From the NCBI GenBank assembly GCA_965645245.1, contig OZ287071.1:1736001-1800000 (forward strand): DNA of 64,000 nt, read 5' to 3'. A program made the position numbers and the translations under genes. Below are positions 13,538-25,546 of the stretch, one piece after another. The first letter of the stretch is position 1. Every line of letters begins with the position of its first letter. The stretch comes from Massalongia carnosa. Lineage: Eukaryota. Under the pieces are notes generated by a model. The model saw only the letters and a program-made list of their open reading frames with translations, had not been told where the DNA came from and did not search any database.

Positions 13538-16499
13538 ATGAATGATTCCAAGCTCGCCACCGAGCACAGCGGTATTAAGCATGCTGACCGGAAACTGAAG
13601 AAGTCACCTTCCATCTGCTCTACTGGCGATCCAAAGACGCAGAAGAGTATCTCGGATCATTTTGCCCCTTCGAAGCAAAGATCTGTGTCTCACGAAGCTC
13701 AAGCCACGACCCCAAATAAACGGCTCAAGCTTAATCATTCCCCGCCAAGCCCTGATTCCAGCAACGCTTTATCCGGGATCAAATCGCCAGGGGATATGTC
13801 TGGGGGGAATCCTGGGGAGAATCCCAAATACATAAGAGCACAAGAGACCTCTCTAGCCACGCCCAATACTCTCGTCAATGGTCGGGCACCCTTGCCGTCT
13901 GCCAATATCGTGCAATCCCCCCCACGCAAAGGCGCGATTCAGGCACCACCAAAGTTGCCGAGAAATCTAGTGGTGAAGAATTTAAGGAGATCATCTAGGG
14001 CTGACCGTGATCAATACCTTGATCAATTATGGGAGCAACTAGACTCGGGGCTGTCAGCCCTCCTCCGAGATAATGCGATACCGAAATCCAAGGAGGAGTT
14101 ATACAAAGGGGTGGAAACACTCTGTCGGCAAGATCGTGCTCCTTCTCTCTACAAGAAACTGTGTTCGAAATGCAGGCATGAGGTCTCAGTCTTATTGAGG
14201 GAGCCTCTACTAGAGCAGGTATCATCGTTGGTGGATGCGGATGCACTGCGAGTGGTGATTGAAGCTTGGTCAAGCTGGAGCTCTCATCTGGTGAGTAAAT
14301 TCACACCGGTTTATCTCTACTAAAAACATATATACTTACTCTTTCAGGCTACTATTCGATCGATATTTTTTTACTTGGATCGATCGTACTTGCTCCACAC
14401 GGCTTCGTTAGCATCAATCGAGGAGATGGGGGTTGCCGAGTTTCGAAGTCAAGTATACGCAGATGCTGTACTTAACCGGAAAATATTACAGGGAGCATGT
14501 GACCTCTTAAGTGAGGCTCGGCAAGGACACGCACAGAACGAAAGGGATGACTTGCTTCAGGCTGCCATTAGGATGTTTCACACACTTGCGGTATACAGCA
14601 AGGAATTTGAACCAAAATTGATGAGCGAGTCCGAACACTTTTTTATCGCTTGGGGTCATGAGAGCGACAAAGGAAGCCTGGCAGATTATGTCAAGGAATG
14701 TCAAGCCCTCATTGATTGTGAACTTCGACAATGCGAACTCTATGGCCTGGATACTTCCACAAGGAAGGGGATAGAATCGTATATGGAAGACGTTCTTATC
14801 CAACAAAAGCAAACTATGCTCTCCAGCATCGAAGACGTCTCAAAACTCTTGGTGCAAAACAATGTGGATGCACTGAATCAGCTCTTCTCTCTACTGCAGC
14901 GGAGAGGTCTTGGCGAAAAGCTAAAGCCTGCGTTTGAATCGTTCATTATCGAACAAGGATCGAATATTGTGTTTGACGAAAAGCGCGAGCAGGAAATGGT
15001 GGTACGGTTACTAGAATTCAAGAAACGTCTTGACTATCTGCTGGAGCACGCCTTTCATATGCATGAAGGCTTAGGCCATACTTTGCGAGAAGCATTCGAG
15101 TCTTTTATCAACAAGGCTCGGAGGGGCCAGATGACCTGGGGAACTGATAACCCTAAACCTGGGGAAATGATTGCAAAGTACGTCGATGTGATTCTTAAAG
15201 GAGGGGTAAAAGCCATTCCCGCATCTTTTTCATCTATAGGCGACCTAAAAAGGGTGCGAAACGATGAAGATCAGAATGGCTCGAGTGAGGATGAGGATGT
15301 AGAGATTACCAAGCAGCTGGATCAGGTCCTAGATATGTTCCGGTTTGTTCACGGCAAAGCTGTCTTTGAAGCATTCTACAAGCGAGATCTTGCCCGTCGA
15401 CTACTCCTGCAGAGGAGCGCCAGCGCGGACGCCGAGAAAAGCATGCTCACTCGGCTTAAATCTGGTGAGTTTCTCATTCTAAAGTGTCCCTTAATGTTAA
15501 CGCCAAGTAGAGTGCGGTTCGGGCTTCACCCATAACCTGGAGCAAATGTTCAAAGATATCGAGCTGGCCAGGGAAGAAATCTCGGCTTACAAGTCTCTTC
15601 TCTATGAGACCAAAGCCACGAGTCCTATTGACCTAAATGTCAACGTTCTTTCTGCATCCGCATGGCCATCTTATCCCGATGTCGCGCTGGAGATCCCAAG
15701 AGACATACAAAACGCAATCGCCGGGTTCGAAGCGTACTATAAGCTAAAGCACTCGGGGCGGAAGTTGACTTGGAAGCATTCTTTGGCTCACTGCCAACTA
15801 AAAGCAATGTTTCCCAGAGGCAACAAGGAGATTGTAGTCAGCTCGTTCCAGGCCATTGTTCTGCTTCTTTTCAACGAGAAGGCGCCAAACGAAAACATTC
15901 CGTATACTGAAATCCAAGCAGCCTCCAATCTCGGTAATACCCCTTTTCCCTTTTCACCAGCAGCCTTTCACAGACTAACTCAAGCCTTAGATGACACGGA
16001 ACTCAAGCGAACGCTCCAATCGCTTGCCTGCGCCAAATATCGAGTTCTCACCAAGACACCCAAAGGCAAAGACGTCAACGACACGGACACCTTCGCGGTG
16101 AACCTGCACTTTGCCGACCCGAAGTACCGCATCAAGATCAACCAGATCCAGGCGAAGGAAACCAAGGAGGAGAACAAGGAGACGCACGAGCGGGTCGCGG
16201 CCGACCGCAACTACGAGACGCAGGCGGCGATCGTGCGCATCATGAAGACACGTAAGACGATTTCGCACGCGGAGTTGGTTTCGGAGGTTATCGTTGCGAC
16301 GAAGAGTCGGGGGGTACTGGACCCGGCTGATATCAAGAAGAATATCGAGAAGTGGGTTTTTCTCCATCGCCTAGGCCAATACATGAAACGCTTTTGAGAT
16401 AACTAGCTAATGGTCGTTGTGTATAGACTAATCGAAAAGGACTATATGGAGCGCGACGAAAGCCAGGACAATCGCAACGTTTACAATTACCTCGCATAA
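13538..16499 (+). CDS. CUL4: Cullin-4 (CRL4 scaffold)
   Basis: EELYKGVETLCRQ, KPGEMIAKYVD, FRFVHGKAVFEAFYKRDLARRLL, SGRKLTWKHSLAHCQLKA and the neddylation domain ETQAAIVRIMKTRK...LIEKDYMERDE...YNYLA*. Introns near 14291, 15465, 15934 and 16352. Confidence 0.95.
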
Positions 16500-17131
16500 C
16501 GGAGAAGCAGCTAGGTGTACAAGTGAAAATGGGCTAGAGTAGGTAGGAAAGTACCTCGAGCAGGATACGATCGATAGAAACAAGGCATGCATGAGTCATG
16601 TAGTTTGAAGCGTTTGGAATCCATTAGAAACTCACATTTATCGTGGATACACCATACAGTTGAGAACCCAACCCATTTTCTCGTTTCCTATCTCGCAAAG
16701 CATACTAAACCAAAGTCCTCAAGGTACATTGCTCCATCCATCTGCTATTCACCTACCTGTCGAGATCCTGCAGCCACTTTCAAGGTTCGGGTTCCTTTCT
16801 TCCTTTCTTCCATCCTTTCGCTCGCTCGTGATAAGTGGCAGATGGTTAGTTGGCTATTCGTTCACCACCACCAAGTAGGTAGATAGGTAGATAAGAGAAT
16901 TTTAGAGGGCCAATGTCCCTTTCCATATCTCGTTTCAATCCGATCCGTTGTGTCCCGTTGCGTTGCACCGCATTCTTCCCATTTCAACTCGGTCTTGAGA
17001 GGGCTTTGGATAAAGAGGCAAAGGCGACGTTTTTGCTATGTATGTTACCCCAACTACAGCTAGGGGCGCTTTCAAATTCAAGGGAGGAAAGGGGGGATTC
17101 GTGAGGTCGGGTTGGTAAGGACCAACGGACC

Positions 17132-17163
17132 GATGGATGGATGGATGGATGGATGGATGGATG
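17132..17163 (+). repeat. (GATG)8 microsatellite
   Basis: Read directly. Confidence 0.9.
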
Positions 17164-17670
17164 AGGGAATTGACAACGATGCTCCATCTATGGAAATAGA
17201 AGAAAGCCCTCGCCGAAGAGGTCACATACGACACAGCAATTACAAACAAACTAACCAACCAAATCGAACACCTAACTAGTCGTTTTAAGTCATCTTCTCG
17301 TTAACGTCGCTTGTTTCGCCCTTTTTGCATTTTATGCTTCTCGCATCGTTCGCCCTTGAGTAAATATCCCGCAGTTTATGGTGGCTCCCGTGGTGGTTGG
17401 TTGGTTATACATACTGGTCCTAGGTGTTGGCCGAAACCGAGGAATTAGCAAACCTATCGCGCGAGAGTTTTTTGTGGGGGGGGGTTGGAGAAGCTTGGTT
17501 TAAAATTACCTGGATCTCCCACTTGAGTAATGGAGAACGTCCTCAACAGAAACTTAACTGGATCACACAACTAGCTATGCCAAACCGGACAATCCAGCCA
17601 GGGCATCGGTCCCAAATCCCTTCCGCCCCCCCTCCCCCCTTCCCCCCCCCTCCCCCCCACACCAATTATC

Positions 17671-18288
17671 CTACATACTCACCTCCCACTCCTTGCGCTC
17701 AAAGGTCCTTTTCCGGCGCCTCCAATCCGGCGCCTCCCCCCCAACGGGCGTCTCCATGCACTCCTCCAGCCAGTTCGCGCGCGCGCGCTCCAAACTCCCC
17801 CACACCCACGCCTTCCCCACGCCCCTCACCTCCGCCCACGCCTCCAGCACCTTGTCCTCCCCCTGCCGGAAACTGGCGCGGAAGACCTCGACCTCCAAGC
17901 TCGCGGCGCCGCCAAAGACCCTCGCGATCGTGCCCTTTTCGCAAAAGGGCTCGCACTCCAGCCGGACCTGGATGCGAAAGTGGCGCACGTGCGCGAGGCA
18001 CCGCAGGGTGCGGATGGGCCGCGAGGGGTGGGCGTGGAAGAACAGGGCGGCGAGGAAGGTCGGGTGCGCGTTGAAGACGTTGAGGCTGTACAGGAGAGGG
18101 TACGCTTCGGCGTGGATGGCGCGGTTGGCGAGGAGGATGGCGGGGTAGATGTTCGTCAGCGGGAGCGGGGGGGAGGCGTTGTGGCGCTGGGGTGGGGAGG
18201 ACCCGGGCGTGGGCGACTGGTAACTGAGGAGGATGGCGTAGATTTGATTGCGGATTTCCGGAGGGAGATTGAGGAAGAGGAAAGTCAT
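17671..18288 (-). CDS. Fungal F-box-like hypothetical protein
   Basis: MTFLFLNLPPEIRNQIY motif followed by AILLANRAIHAEAYPLLYSLNVF, typical of a large Pezizomycotina family. A GTGAGT donor near 17682 may mean the true stop lies in a further small exon. Confidence 0.75.
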   Translation of the reverse strand: MTFLFLNLPPEIRNQIYAILLSYQSPTPGSSPPQRHNASPPLPLTNIYPAILLANRAIHAEAYPLLYSLNVFNAHPTFLAALFFHAHPSRPIRTLRCLAHVRHFRIQVRLECEPFCEKGTIARVFGGAASLEVEVFRASFRQGEDKVLEAWAEVRGVGKAWVWGSLERARANWLEECMETPVGGEAPDWRRRKRTFERKEWEVSM

Positions 18289-18778
18289 CGTGGGATGGGG
18301 GGGACTGGACGGTGGAGGTTCGTTTGTAACGGATTTCGTATCGAATTGATTCAGCGACGATGTGGTTTTACCTGTGAGCATATCCTCGATTGCAAAACGG
18401 TGGTTGGTGAACACCAGACGCTGCGCGGGTAAAAAGCAAAGTAAATTTCACAAACATCCAATAGGCCCGCTACACGTCACAATCAATGAGAAAACGTAAT
18501 GTTCAGGAAAAGAACGTGGAAAATCTGTATAGGGGAAGAGGTAAAGTTCACGATCAATTTGTCAATTAAAGCGCATCCTGACTTAAGAGTTCCTGGGATA
18601 TCATGCTGGTGGCGGGGACATGGTAATGTCTGGCACCAGATCCCCCTGTTATCGCAAACTCCTGTTCCGACCCATTCCAAGGAAACCCCCGTGCCACAAA
18701 AAATGTCCCAGGGTATCAGTCTCTTTTCTCCAGACACGCCTTATCGTCTCACCTCCACCACCACCAGGAAGCCATCTT

Positions 18779-20096
18779 TCAGACCTCCCTTAGACCATTC
18801 ACTCTTGTCTTCCTAATAAACATTTCCCCCTTTTCGCCCTCTACCCTCTTCCACTCTTCCAACAAGACAGCAATTTCATTTCTAATATCCTCCACAATGA
18901 AATCCATCTTGATATCGTTACGATCGTGACCGAAAGGATCCTCAAGTTGACTCCCAATGCCATCGATACCGTAGAGCGTAAAGGTGATCAGCACGACAAG
19001 AGGGACCGCCCACCAGCCCATGTCATCCACAAGTGCAAACGGGAGGATGCAGCCGAAGAGGGCAAGTACCTGTTTTTGATGAATTCTGCGACGGCGTCAG
19101 GCCGCTGAGGGAAAATGGAGAAAGTAAGAAGGCTTACAGATGAGCCACGGGGATCGGAGTCAGCCTTATGGTCTCCATCCGCCCATACGCATCTACGAGC
19201 GTGTTCAATTGTACCTGCATCTGACTCGCCTGAGGAGCGTGGAACATCCCCTTGTCATAACATCGCCTAACATACTGCTCCACATAAAACGTTAATTGGA
19301 GAGGTAAACCCAAACCCCGGTTGTCAAAGCCCTCGAGTCCTTTTGGGAGTAGATCGCTGTACTCGGGCTGAAGGGTTGTATTGCCGTTGTTTGAGTTGAT
19401 GGCAGTGCCAGGGACAATGGTAGCGCCCCACTCGGCTCTGAGGTGGTTTTTAGTCGAGCAGAGGATTGCGATCAGGATCCTGACGACTCTTTCTGTATCT
19501 GCCCTCTCCGCCGCCAGGGTGAACGAGGTAGCAGGGGTCTGCGCGTTGTAGCTGCAGACAAGGAAAGAACGTGTGAGATTGCGCACCGAGGTTATGATGA
19601 TCGAGAGGTAGTTACGGCCGTCCCAGAATCGGTTGTAAGATGTTTGGTTCCGGAACACCTTTATAGAGAATACATCAATTAGGGTCTCAATGAGGTGGAA
19701 GAATCGCCAAACCAGCATGAGGCCAACCACAATGGACAAGCTCGGGATCTAGCACTTTGGCGTTAAACCACATAAGATTGTAGCGGTAGGCGTTTCGTAC
19801 AATACTGGTGGGTAGACCAAGATTTCGATCGAGGTTTTGATCGATGAAAGCCACCAGCGCCGCAAAGGCTGCGTGTAGAACTACGGGTAGGATAATGACC
19901 CCATGAATTGCGCCTTTGATGAAGCGAAGGACCAACGGCCATCTGTAGCACGAATCAACCTTTGCGTTGCGTAAGAGCTTTGATAACTAGCCCACCTTCG
20001 AGGCTTATGACAGGTGCTACGAGCAAACGGAAATGTAGGTTTTCGATGATGATGTTTGGACGACTCGACCCCGTTGCCGTTGTGATGATTAGCCAT
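18779..20096 (-). CDS. Bestrophin-like / UPF0187 (YneE-type) anion channel
   Basis: Spliced product has SLSIVVGLMLVFRNQTSYNRFWDGR, MET-IRLTPIPVAH and GIDGIGSQLEDPFGHDRNDIKMD. Four GT-AG introns reconstruct in frame. Confidence 0.88.
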
Positions 20097-20907
20097 TAGG
20101 CCGAGCGATGCAGAGGGTCGACTTGTCAATAGATGCACGCGTGACTATAAGCTGATGTCGATGCATTTTTCAGAGAGGTTGCTTTTCCGAGGTTGGTCAA
20201 TGCTGTACAGAGCACATGTTTGAGACGGGAGTGATGTGGAAACGCTGAAGGCGCCGTCGCCTCAGTCCTACCAGGAAGGAGTAACTACGGATACAGGGCT
20301 AGGCCGTATTGCTAACAGCACGTGACTGGGGTATTACCCAAACTTAGGGATCGATACTTCTTCAGCCATTGTCAAAGTTAATTGGTTCATGAAACAAAGT
20401 GACGGAATGTACTTGTAGCGGTTGACCAGTTGGCGTCAGTCGAAGTCTCGGACCCATCGGACTAGTTTCCACAATCTTGGTGCAAAGCCGCTCTCCTCAC
20501 TCGAGTTCCCAAAAAAAAGGGCCATGAGATATACCAGAAGATATTGATTGGTAGTTAGATCAAAGCACCAGCATCCATCATAATTAATACACCCATCACT
20601 AAGGGAGAGAAAGAGAGAAAGAGAGAGAGATTTATATATCCTTCCTCGCCTGTCCTCTCCCCCTCTAAAAATGAAATACATACCTATCCCACTCACTCAC
20701 TCACTCACCCAGAGAACCCTGTCGAGAGAAGAAAAGATTTAAAAAAAAAGATGAAAACCTAGATCACTCGGAGAAATGCAAGAGTGGATAAACGCCCGGG
20801 GAGAGTGGTCGATAGACATGTTTGGTCCGTAGCTAGTTGACTATGAAAGACAGGAATGTATAGACTTGATCTAGGGCGCTAAGGTGATATATACATACAT
20901 ACAGACC

Positions 20908-20935
20908 TAGGTAGGTAGGTAGGTAGGTAGGTAGG
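20908..20935 (+). repeat. (TAGG)7 microsatellite in a low-complexity intergenic tract
   Basis: Read directly. Confidence 0.9.
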
Positions 20936-21453
20936 CACGTAGGCCAGACAGACGGAAAAAAGAAAGAACATAAAGGAAAGAAAGAAAAGAAAGGTGAGGA
21001 CGTAAAAAATAAAACACCTGCCTAGATCTGCGTATCCGATCCGATTCTATCTATTCCTACGATTGCGTACATACATACACAAAAACATATACAACATACA
21101 CAAACAAATATCCAAAAGAATCCAACACATTGTTTGACCCCCCCCTCCCAGATGGAATCGATCGATAGATGTGTAACTAAGAGTAAATAGGAGGCGGCGA
21201 TATGAGATGGGTAGATGAGTAGATGGATTCGTAACTAAATACCCAAACTACCTAACCACGACAAGGTTTGTCGTTTCGGGGTCGCATGGCAGGTAAACAT
21301 GACTTGAAATAATTAACTATAGCACAAGCACTTTTTCTTTTTTAAAAAAAAAAAAAAAAGAGAATAGACACATAGGGATAAGGACGAACAAGAATAAAGA
21401 AACAAAGTCGAGAATCAAACTTTTCCCAAGAAAAAAAAATTGAATCCAACACT

Positions 21454-23598
21454 TCAAATCCCATACCCAAACGCTCCCTGTAACTCATTATCAACCCGTC
21501 TCGATCTCGGGATGTCGCCGAACCGGCCGCTTCTTCCCCCCCCGCCAGCAGCCATGCGCATCCTTCCCCTAGTCCCGTCGCCCATCATGCCCGGGTCGAG
21601 CCGATGGCTGTAGCGCAGTTGTTCGTCGTTGACCGAATCCTGCATCAGGCGCTCCCGCTCGCGGCGGACTCCCTGGTCCATGAACTCCGCCTCGCGACGG
21701 CGCTCAAAACCCGACATCTCCATGCGCGCACGGAGACGGTCATGCTCGTCGTAGTTGATGTCGATAGGATGGTGGTGGTAGCCGTGGTTGGAGGAGAAGC
21801 GGCGGCCGAAGGAACGGCGGCGGGCGGGCGGGGAGGTGGGCGAGGCGCCGTAACCGAAGGGGAATTCGTCGTGGCTGGTCGTGCGGGAGTGGAAGGCGGG
21901 ACGCTGCCCATCGGAGGAGAGGTCCGAGCCGCGGCGGGCTCGCGCATGGGAGCGCTGGTCGCGATCACGGGCGCTGCTGCTATGAGGGACGTACACGAAG
22001 TCGTCATACAGGTAATGGGACCCGCTGCTCTGGGAGGAGGTGGGCGAGCTGGGCCGGGAGCGGCGGCGCCACTGGCGGAAGCAGGTGCCGTGCGCGTCGT
22101 TGTCCAAGTCGCGGCTGCTGCGGCGGGAGCTGCGCTGGCTGTCTTTGCTGTGGAAACCATTGTCGTGGAAGCCGCGGGAAGTGCGCCGGTCACGGGAGCT
22201 TCGACGGGGTTCGCCGTAATAGCGCTTCTCCTTGCGGGAGTCGCGCGAAGAGAACTCGGTATCGCCGGTTCCGTTGGTGCCAGCGCGGGAGAATCCGCTG
22301 GCGTCGGAAACGTAATCAGAGATGTCGGACTCGAAGACATCGGATGGCGGCGTTGCTTTCTTGTCTTTCTTGCCTGAGTATGGCGCTTCGAACTCGAATA
22401 CGCCCGAGGCTCGCCTTTCGTTCGTGTCTTTCTTATCCTTTGCGTTTTTCGGGCCTTTCTGGTCCCCCGGGTTGCTGTTGTTCTTTTGGTTGGTCGCCTT
22501 GTTTGGGGGTGGTTTACCGTGCTCAGCACGGGGGTCACCAATAAACTCCTCTTGCCTGTTGAAAGGTGGGCCCGGCTCGTTACGGTATGGCTCCGGAAAT
22601 GGGCGATCACCTTCCGGGCGCGCTGGACGATTTGGCTGGGGCGCAAAATGATCCTGAGGAGGCATCAAGTGATCGAGTGGAGGCATCGGAGGGTTTGGTG
22701 GAGGGATGAACCGATCCTGTTCCGGGGTTGACTGCCTGTGCGGAGGGGCGAAGCCGACGCTAGGACCTGGATGATGCGGCGGAATTGGAATGCCTTGATG
22801 ATCCCATCCCACTTCAGGACCCGCATGCTGCGGCGGGATTGGGATTCCTGGTCGTTCCTGATGACCCCCTAGGCCCGGTGGGTGTGCGTCAAACGGTTGT
22901 TGGCCGGGGTATGCGTGGGGCGATGGCGGTACCGGATACGCAAAGCGGTCGGGCAGGGATCCCGGAAAGGAGTTCTGATCTCGTCTGCTGCTGATATCCA
23001 CGAACTCACTGTCGTCGTCTTGAGGTCGAGCCCGCGAAACGGCGGGAGCGGGTTCTCGCTTCAAGATGATCTGCATCGACATCGTGACTCTAGCGCCTCG
23101 ACCATTCCTCCCCTCCTCACGCTTCAAGGATGCCAGTTTGTACTCGTATCGGGGGTCGCTGGCGTTCTGAGCTTTGATGAGCTGATCCACCTGCAACCGC
23201 TTGGCGCCCTTCATGTCCGGATGGGTCAACGAGGCCAAGGCCGAGACGCCCTTCTTCTTGTCCTTTGCCACCCGGGCCTTGAGCTCCTCCTGCGTCACTT
23301 GCAACTTTTTTTTCGTGATCTGCTCCCATGTCTCGGTCCTCCCGGGGTTTTTGGCCTTGGTCAGGATGTACCCTTCGTACCGGGGGAGGGGATCAACCGA
23401 TCCATCGAGGCCGAGGTTGTGATTGCCATAGCCGTGCGGATCGTCGAATGGCGCATATTGTTCATGGCCGCCACGGTGCAATGGTGGGCTTCGGCGGGAA
23501 TCGAGGTTCAAGCGGTCAAAGTCTTGTGCTAGGTGCTGCATTCCCGGATACATTTGGGCGTGGGGCGGAGGCGATTGGCGGGAGGGAACGTTGATCAT
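21454..23598 (-). CDS. Hypothetical Pro/Arg/Ser-rich protein with a small globular N-terminal domain
   Basis: Uninterrupted ORF of >700 codons with strong codon bias; first ATG (MINVPSRQ) at 23598. Ordered segment YEGYILTKA...ETWEQ...YEYKLASL...MQIILKR. Confidence 0.75.
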   Translation of the reverse strand: MINVPSRQSPPPHAQMYPGMQHLAQDFDRLNLDSRRSPPLHRGGHEQYAPFDDPHGYGNHNLGLDGSVDPLPRYEGYILTKAKNPGRTETWEQITKKKLQVTQEELKARVAKDKKKGVSALASLTHPDMKGAKRLQVDQLIKAQNASDPRYEYKLASLKREEGRNGRGARVTMSMQIILKREPAPAVSRARPQDDDSEFVDISSRRDQNSFPGSLPDRFAYPVPPSPHAYPGQQPFDAHPPGLGGHQERPGIPIPPQHAGPEVGWDHQGIPIPPHHPGPSVGFAPPHRQSTPEQDRFIPPPNPPMPPLDHLMPPQDHFAPQPNRPARPEGDRPFPEPYRNEPGPPFNRQEEFIGDPRAEHGKPPPNKATNQKNNSNPGDQKGPKNAKDKKDTNERRASGVFEFEAPYSGKKDKKATPPSDVFESDISDYVSDASGFSRAGTNGTGDTEFSSRDSRKEKRYYGEPRRSSRDRRTSRGFHDNGFHSKDSQRSSRRSSRDLDNDAHGTCFRQWRRRSRPSSPTSSQSSGSHYLYDDFVYVPHSSSARDRDQRSHARARRGSDLSSDGQRPAFHSRTTSHDEFPFGYGASPTSPPARRRSFGRRFSSNHGYHHHPIDINYDEHDRLRARMEMSGFERRREAEFMDQGVRRERERLMQDSVNDEQLRYSHRLDPGMMGDGTRGRMRMAAGGGGRSGRFGDIPRSRRVDNELQGAFGYGI

Positions 23599-25497
23599 GA
23601 TGACAGTAGATATCTCTGGTTGCCCGCTAAGCGTGCTGGAGAGCGATGGAGAAGAGTCCCGTCGGTGTGGGAGAACAGGGCAAAAGACGGATGATGAAGT
23701 AAAAGAAAACGGAGAGCAATTGATCCCAGGGACAGCCCGGTATATGAGTTGATGGTGGACCTCGTGATACACAGAAATGTTTGCCCGGGTGAGTCGATGA
23801 GGCTGGGGTGGGTACAGTGCAAACCGATGAGGACGAAAAGTGAGGCGACAAGGATACGTTTTGCCTTGGCCTCGCTACACCCATCGGGCACGGTCAAGGA
23901 AGGGCAATTAGAGGGAAACAGAGTGATCTCGGGGCGTGAAATCGTGACTCGACGAGGGTGGTTTTCAACGCCCGGCTATCACATCGCGTCAGTAGGGTGA
24001 GTACCTAGTCAGGATGAATGCTGGGGAGCATATGCATCCTTATGCACCAACGAGATGCTGTCAGCCCAGCCCAGACGAGCGTCGGAATCAATCCGCAGAC
24101 AACATGCATGATCTGCCACTAAGTTCACTACCGCCAAGCACGATGATATGCTTGACGGGTCGATGCGACGAAGAATTCAACCAAGGAACGCTCCCTTCCA
24201 ATTGGTGTATTTCCGTCATTGGCCAACAGAACTCTACAGACGGAGAAAATAACAGACTTCATCCGAACTCTGGGGGGGACAGCCGAGGGGAGTCTGCGCT
24301 GGGGGAAGGGGGAAGGGGGAGAGAGGGGAGGACGGGTTGAACTGCTTGATCGAGCCCACGCTGAATACACCAGACAGGCTGTGTGCTACGAATGGCATGT
24401 TCCTTTTCCGGTGAGTCGACTTGGAGTGCTTTTCTGAAGCTGCTCTCCGCAAACGCCTTTTCCCCACCAGCGTCCGGATGACTGGATATAACGTAGCCAG
24501 TTCCGCAGCTGAGATGTGGTGTGGCTCGATAGGCACTTGTGTGCCTATCACGGCTGTTTGCTCCTCTCAGCGCCTCAGTGCTTCGCACCCTCGTCGTGAA
24601 TCGGCGCAGCAGGGCGCACCAGGAAAACCGAGAATTGAAGGGTTCGAGGGGAGAATAAGTGGCTGTGCTGCCGTGTACCGAGGATACAGTCAGTCGTTGG
24701 TGCTACTTTCCACTCGATCCCTCATCCAGAGCATGTATTTTGCAGGGTGCAGAGTAGACAGATGCCTCCTCTAGCCATTGTCCAGTCAATCTGTCCACAT
24801 ACCCCCCGATCCCTTGTTCAGGTCGCTTTCCCTTCCCCGTGCTTAGATCCTGCACCCCATACGGAGTAGAGTATGTATCACGTATGCTGTCTGTAAATCG
24901 TAATTCGTTCGGCAACCGACACCTTCTTTAAAGGTGCAGCTTGGACGAATCGGACCCGACACTAAAGCCTTCACCTTTCCAGAAAACGCCCCGATGTGAA
25001 AGAATCGTGATGCTTCCACTGCATACTGTGACTGGCCCCAATTCTCCGCTAGCTCCCAAATCAAAGCATTGCGAGAGCGTCGGAACCCGTTTTTTCTTCA
25101 CTGCTCGAAATAAACATCCACCTCATTGCTTCCTCCCATGATGAATGGTGCGCATCCGAATCTGCATGAAACTCGAACGCCCTTCAGGGCGTGTGGAAAA
25201 TCGTTCGTCTCATGGCTCCAAGGGTGTATGTACTCCAACCTATACGGTCGCGTCGTATGAAGCTTCAGCGTAAACTCGTAAACATCTATCCCGCTGCCCA
25301 TCCCTCTTTTGTCTCTCCGTCATTCTGGTCAATTTGCATTCACCGTAAATTCAAAGGCATCGATGCACGTTGCTACAAGATGACAAACCCCCTAATTCAG
25401 GGCGTCAACAACGTGCTCATCCATTCCACGGCACCAAGCCAAACCAACCCACAGCAAAGCTCAGCATAGCTTCCTCACGTGACAGTACTCCGAAGCA

Positions 25498-25546
25498 TAA
25501 CATGCACACTTTAACATGCACACTTTAACATGCACACTTTAACATG
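25498..25546 (+). repeat. 14-bp tandem repeat (TAACATGCACACTT) x3.5
   Basis: Three perfect units plus TAACATG. Confidence 0.9.

Noticed and set aside
15147..15155. TAACCCTAA telomere/telomerase-template-like word
   Set aside because: Lies inside the CUL4 CDS (DNPK codons); single chance occurrence.
17424..18432. Several long overlapping plus-strand ORFs
   Set aside because: Antisense shadows of the GC-rich F-box-like gene; low-complexity translations.
21604..23532. Long alternative-frame and antisense ORFs (257, 333 and 216 aa)
   Set aside because: Expected by-products of high GC3 in the real minus-strand gene.
24500..24530. GCTGAGAT resembling a TPP riboswitch core
   Set aside because: Downstream TGATC..GATAAT..CAGCG elements are absent and no thiamine gene is adjacent.
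25498..25546. Direct repeats as a CRISPR-like array
   Set aside because: Contiguous 14-bp units without spacers, in a eukaryotic context.
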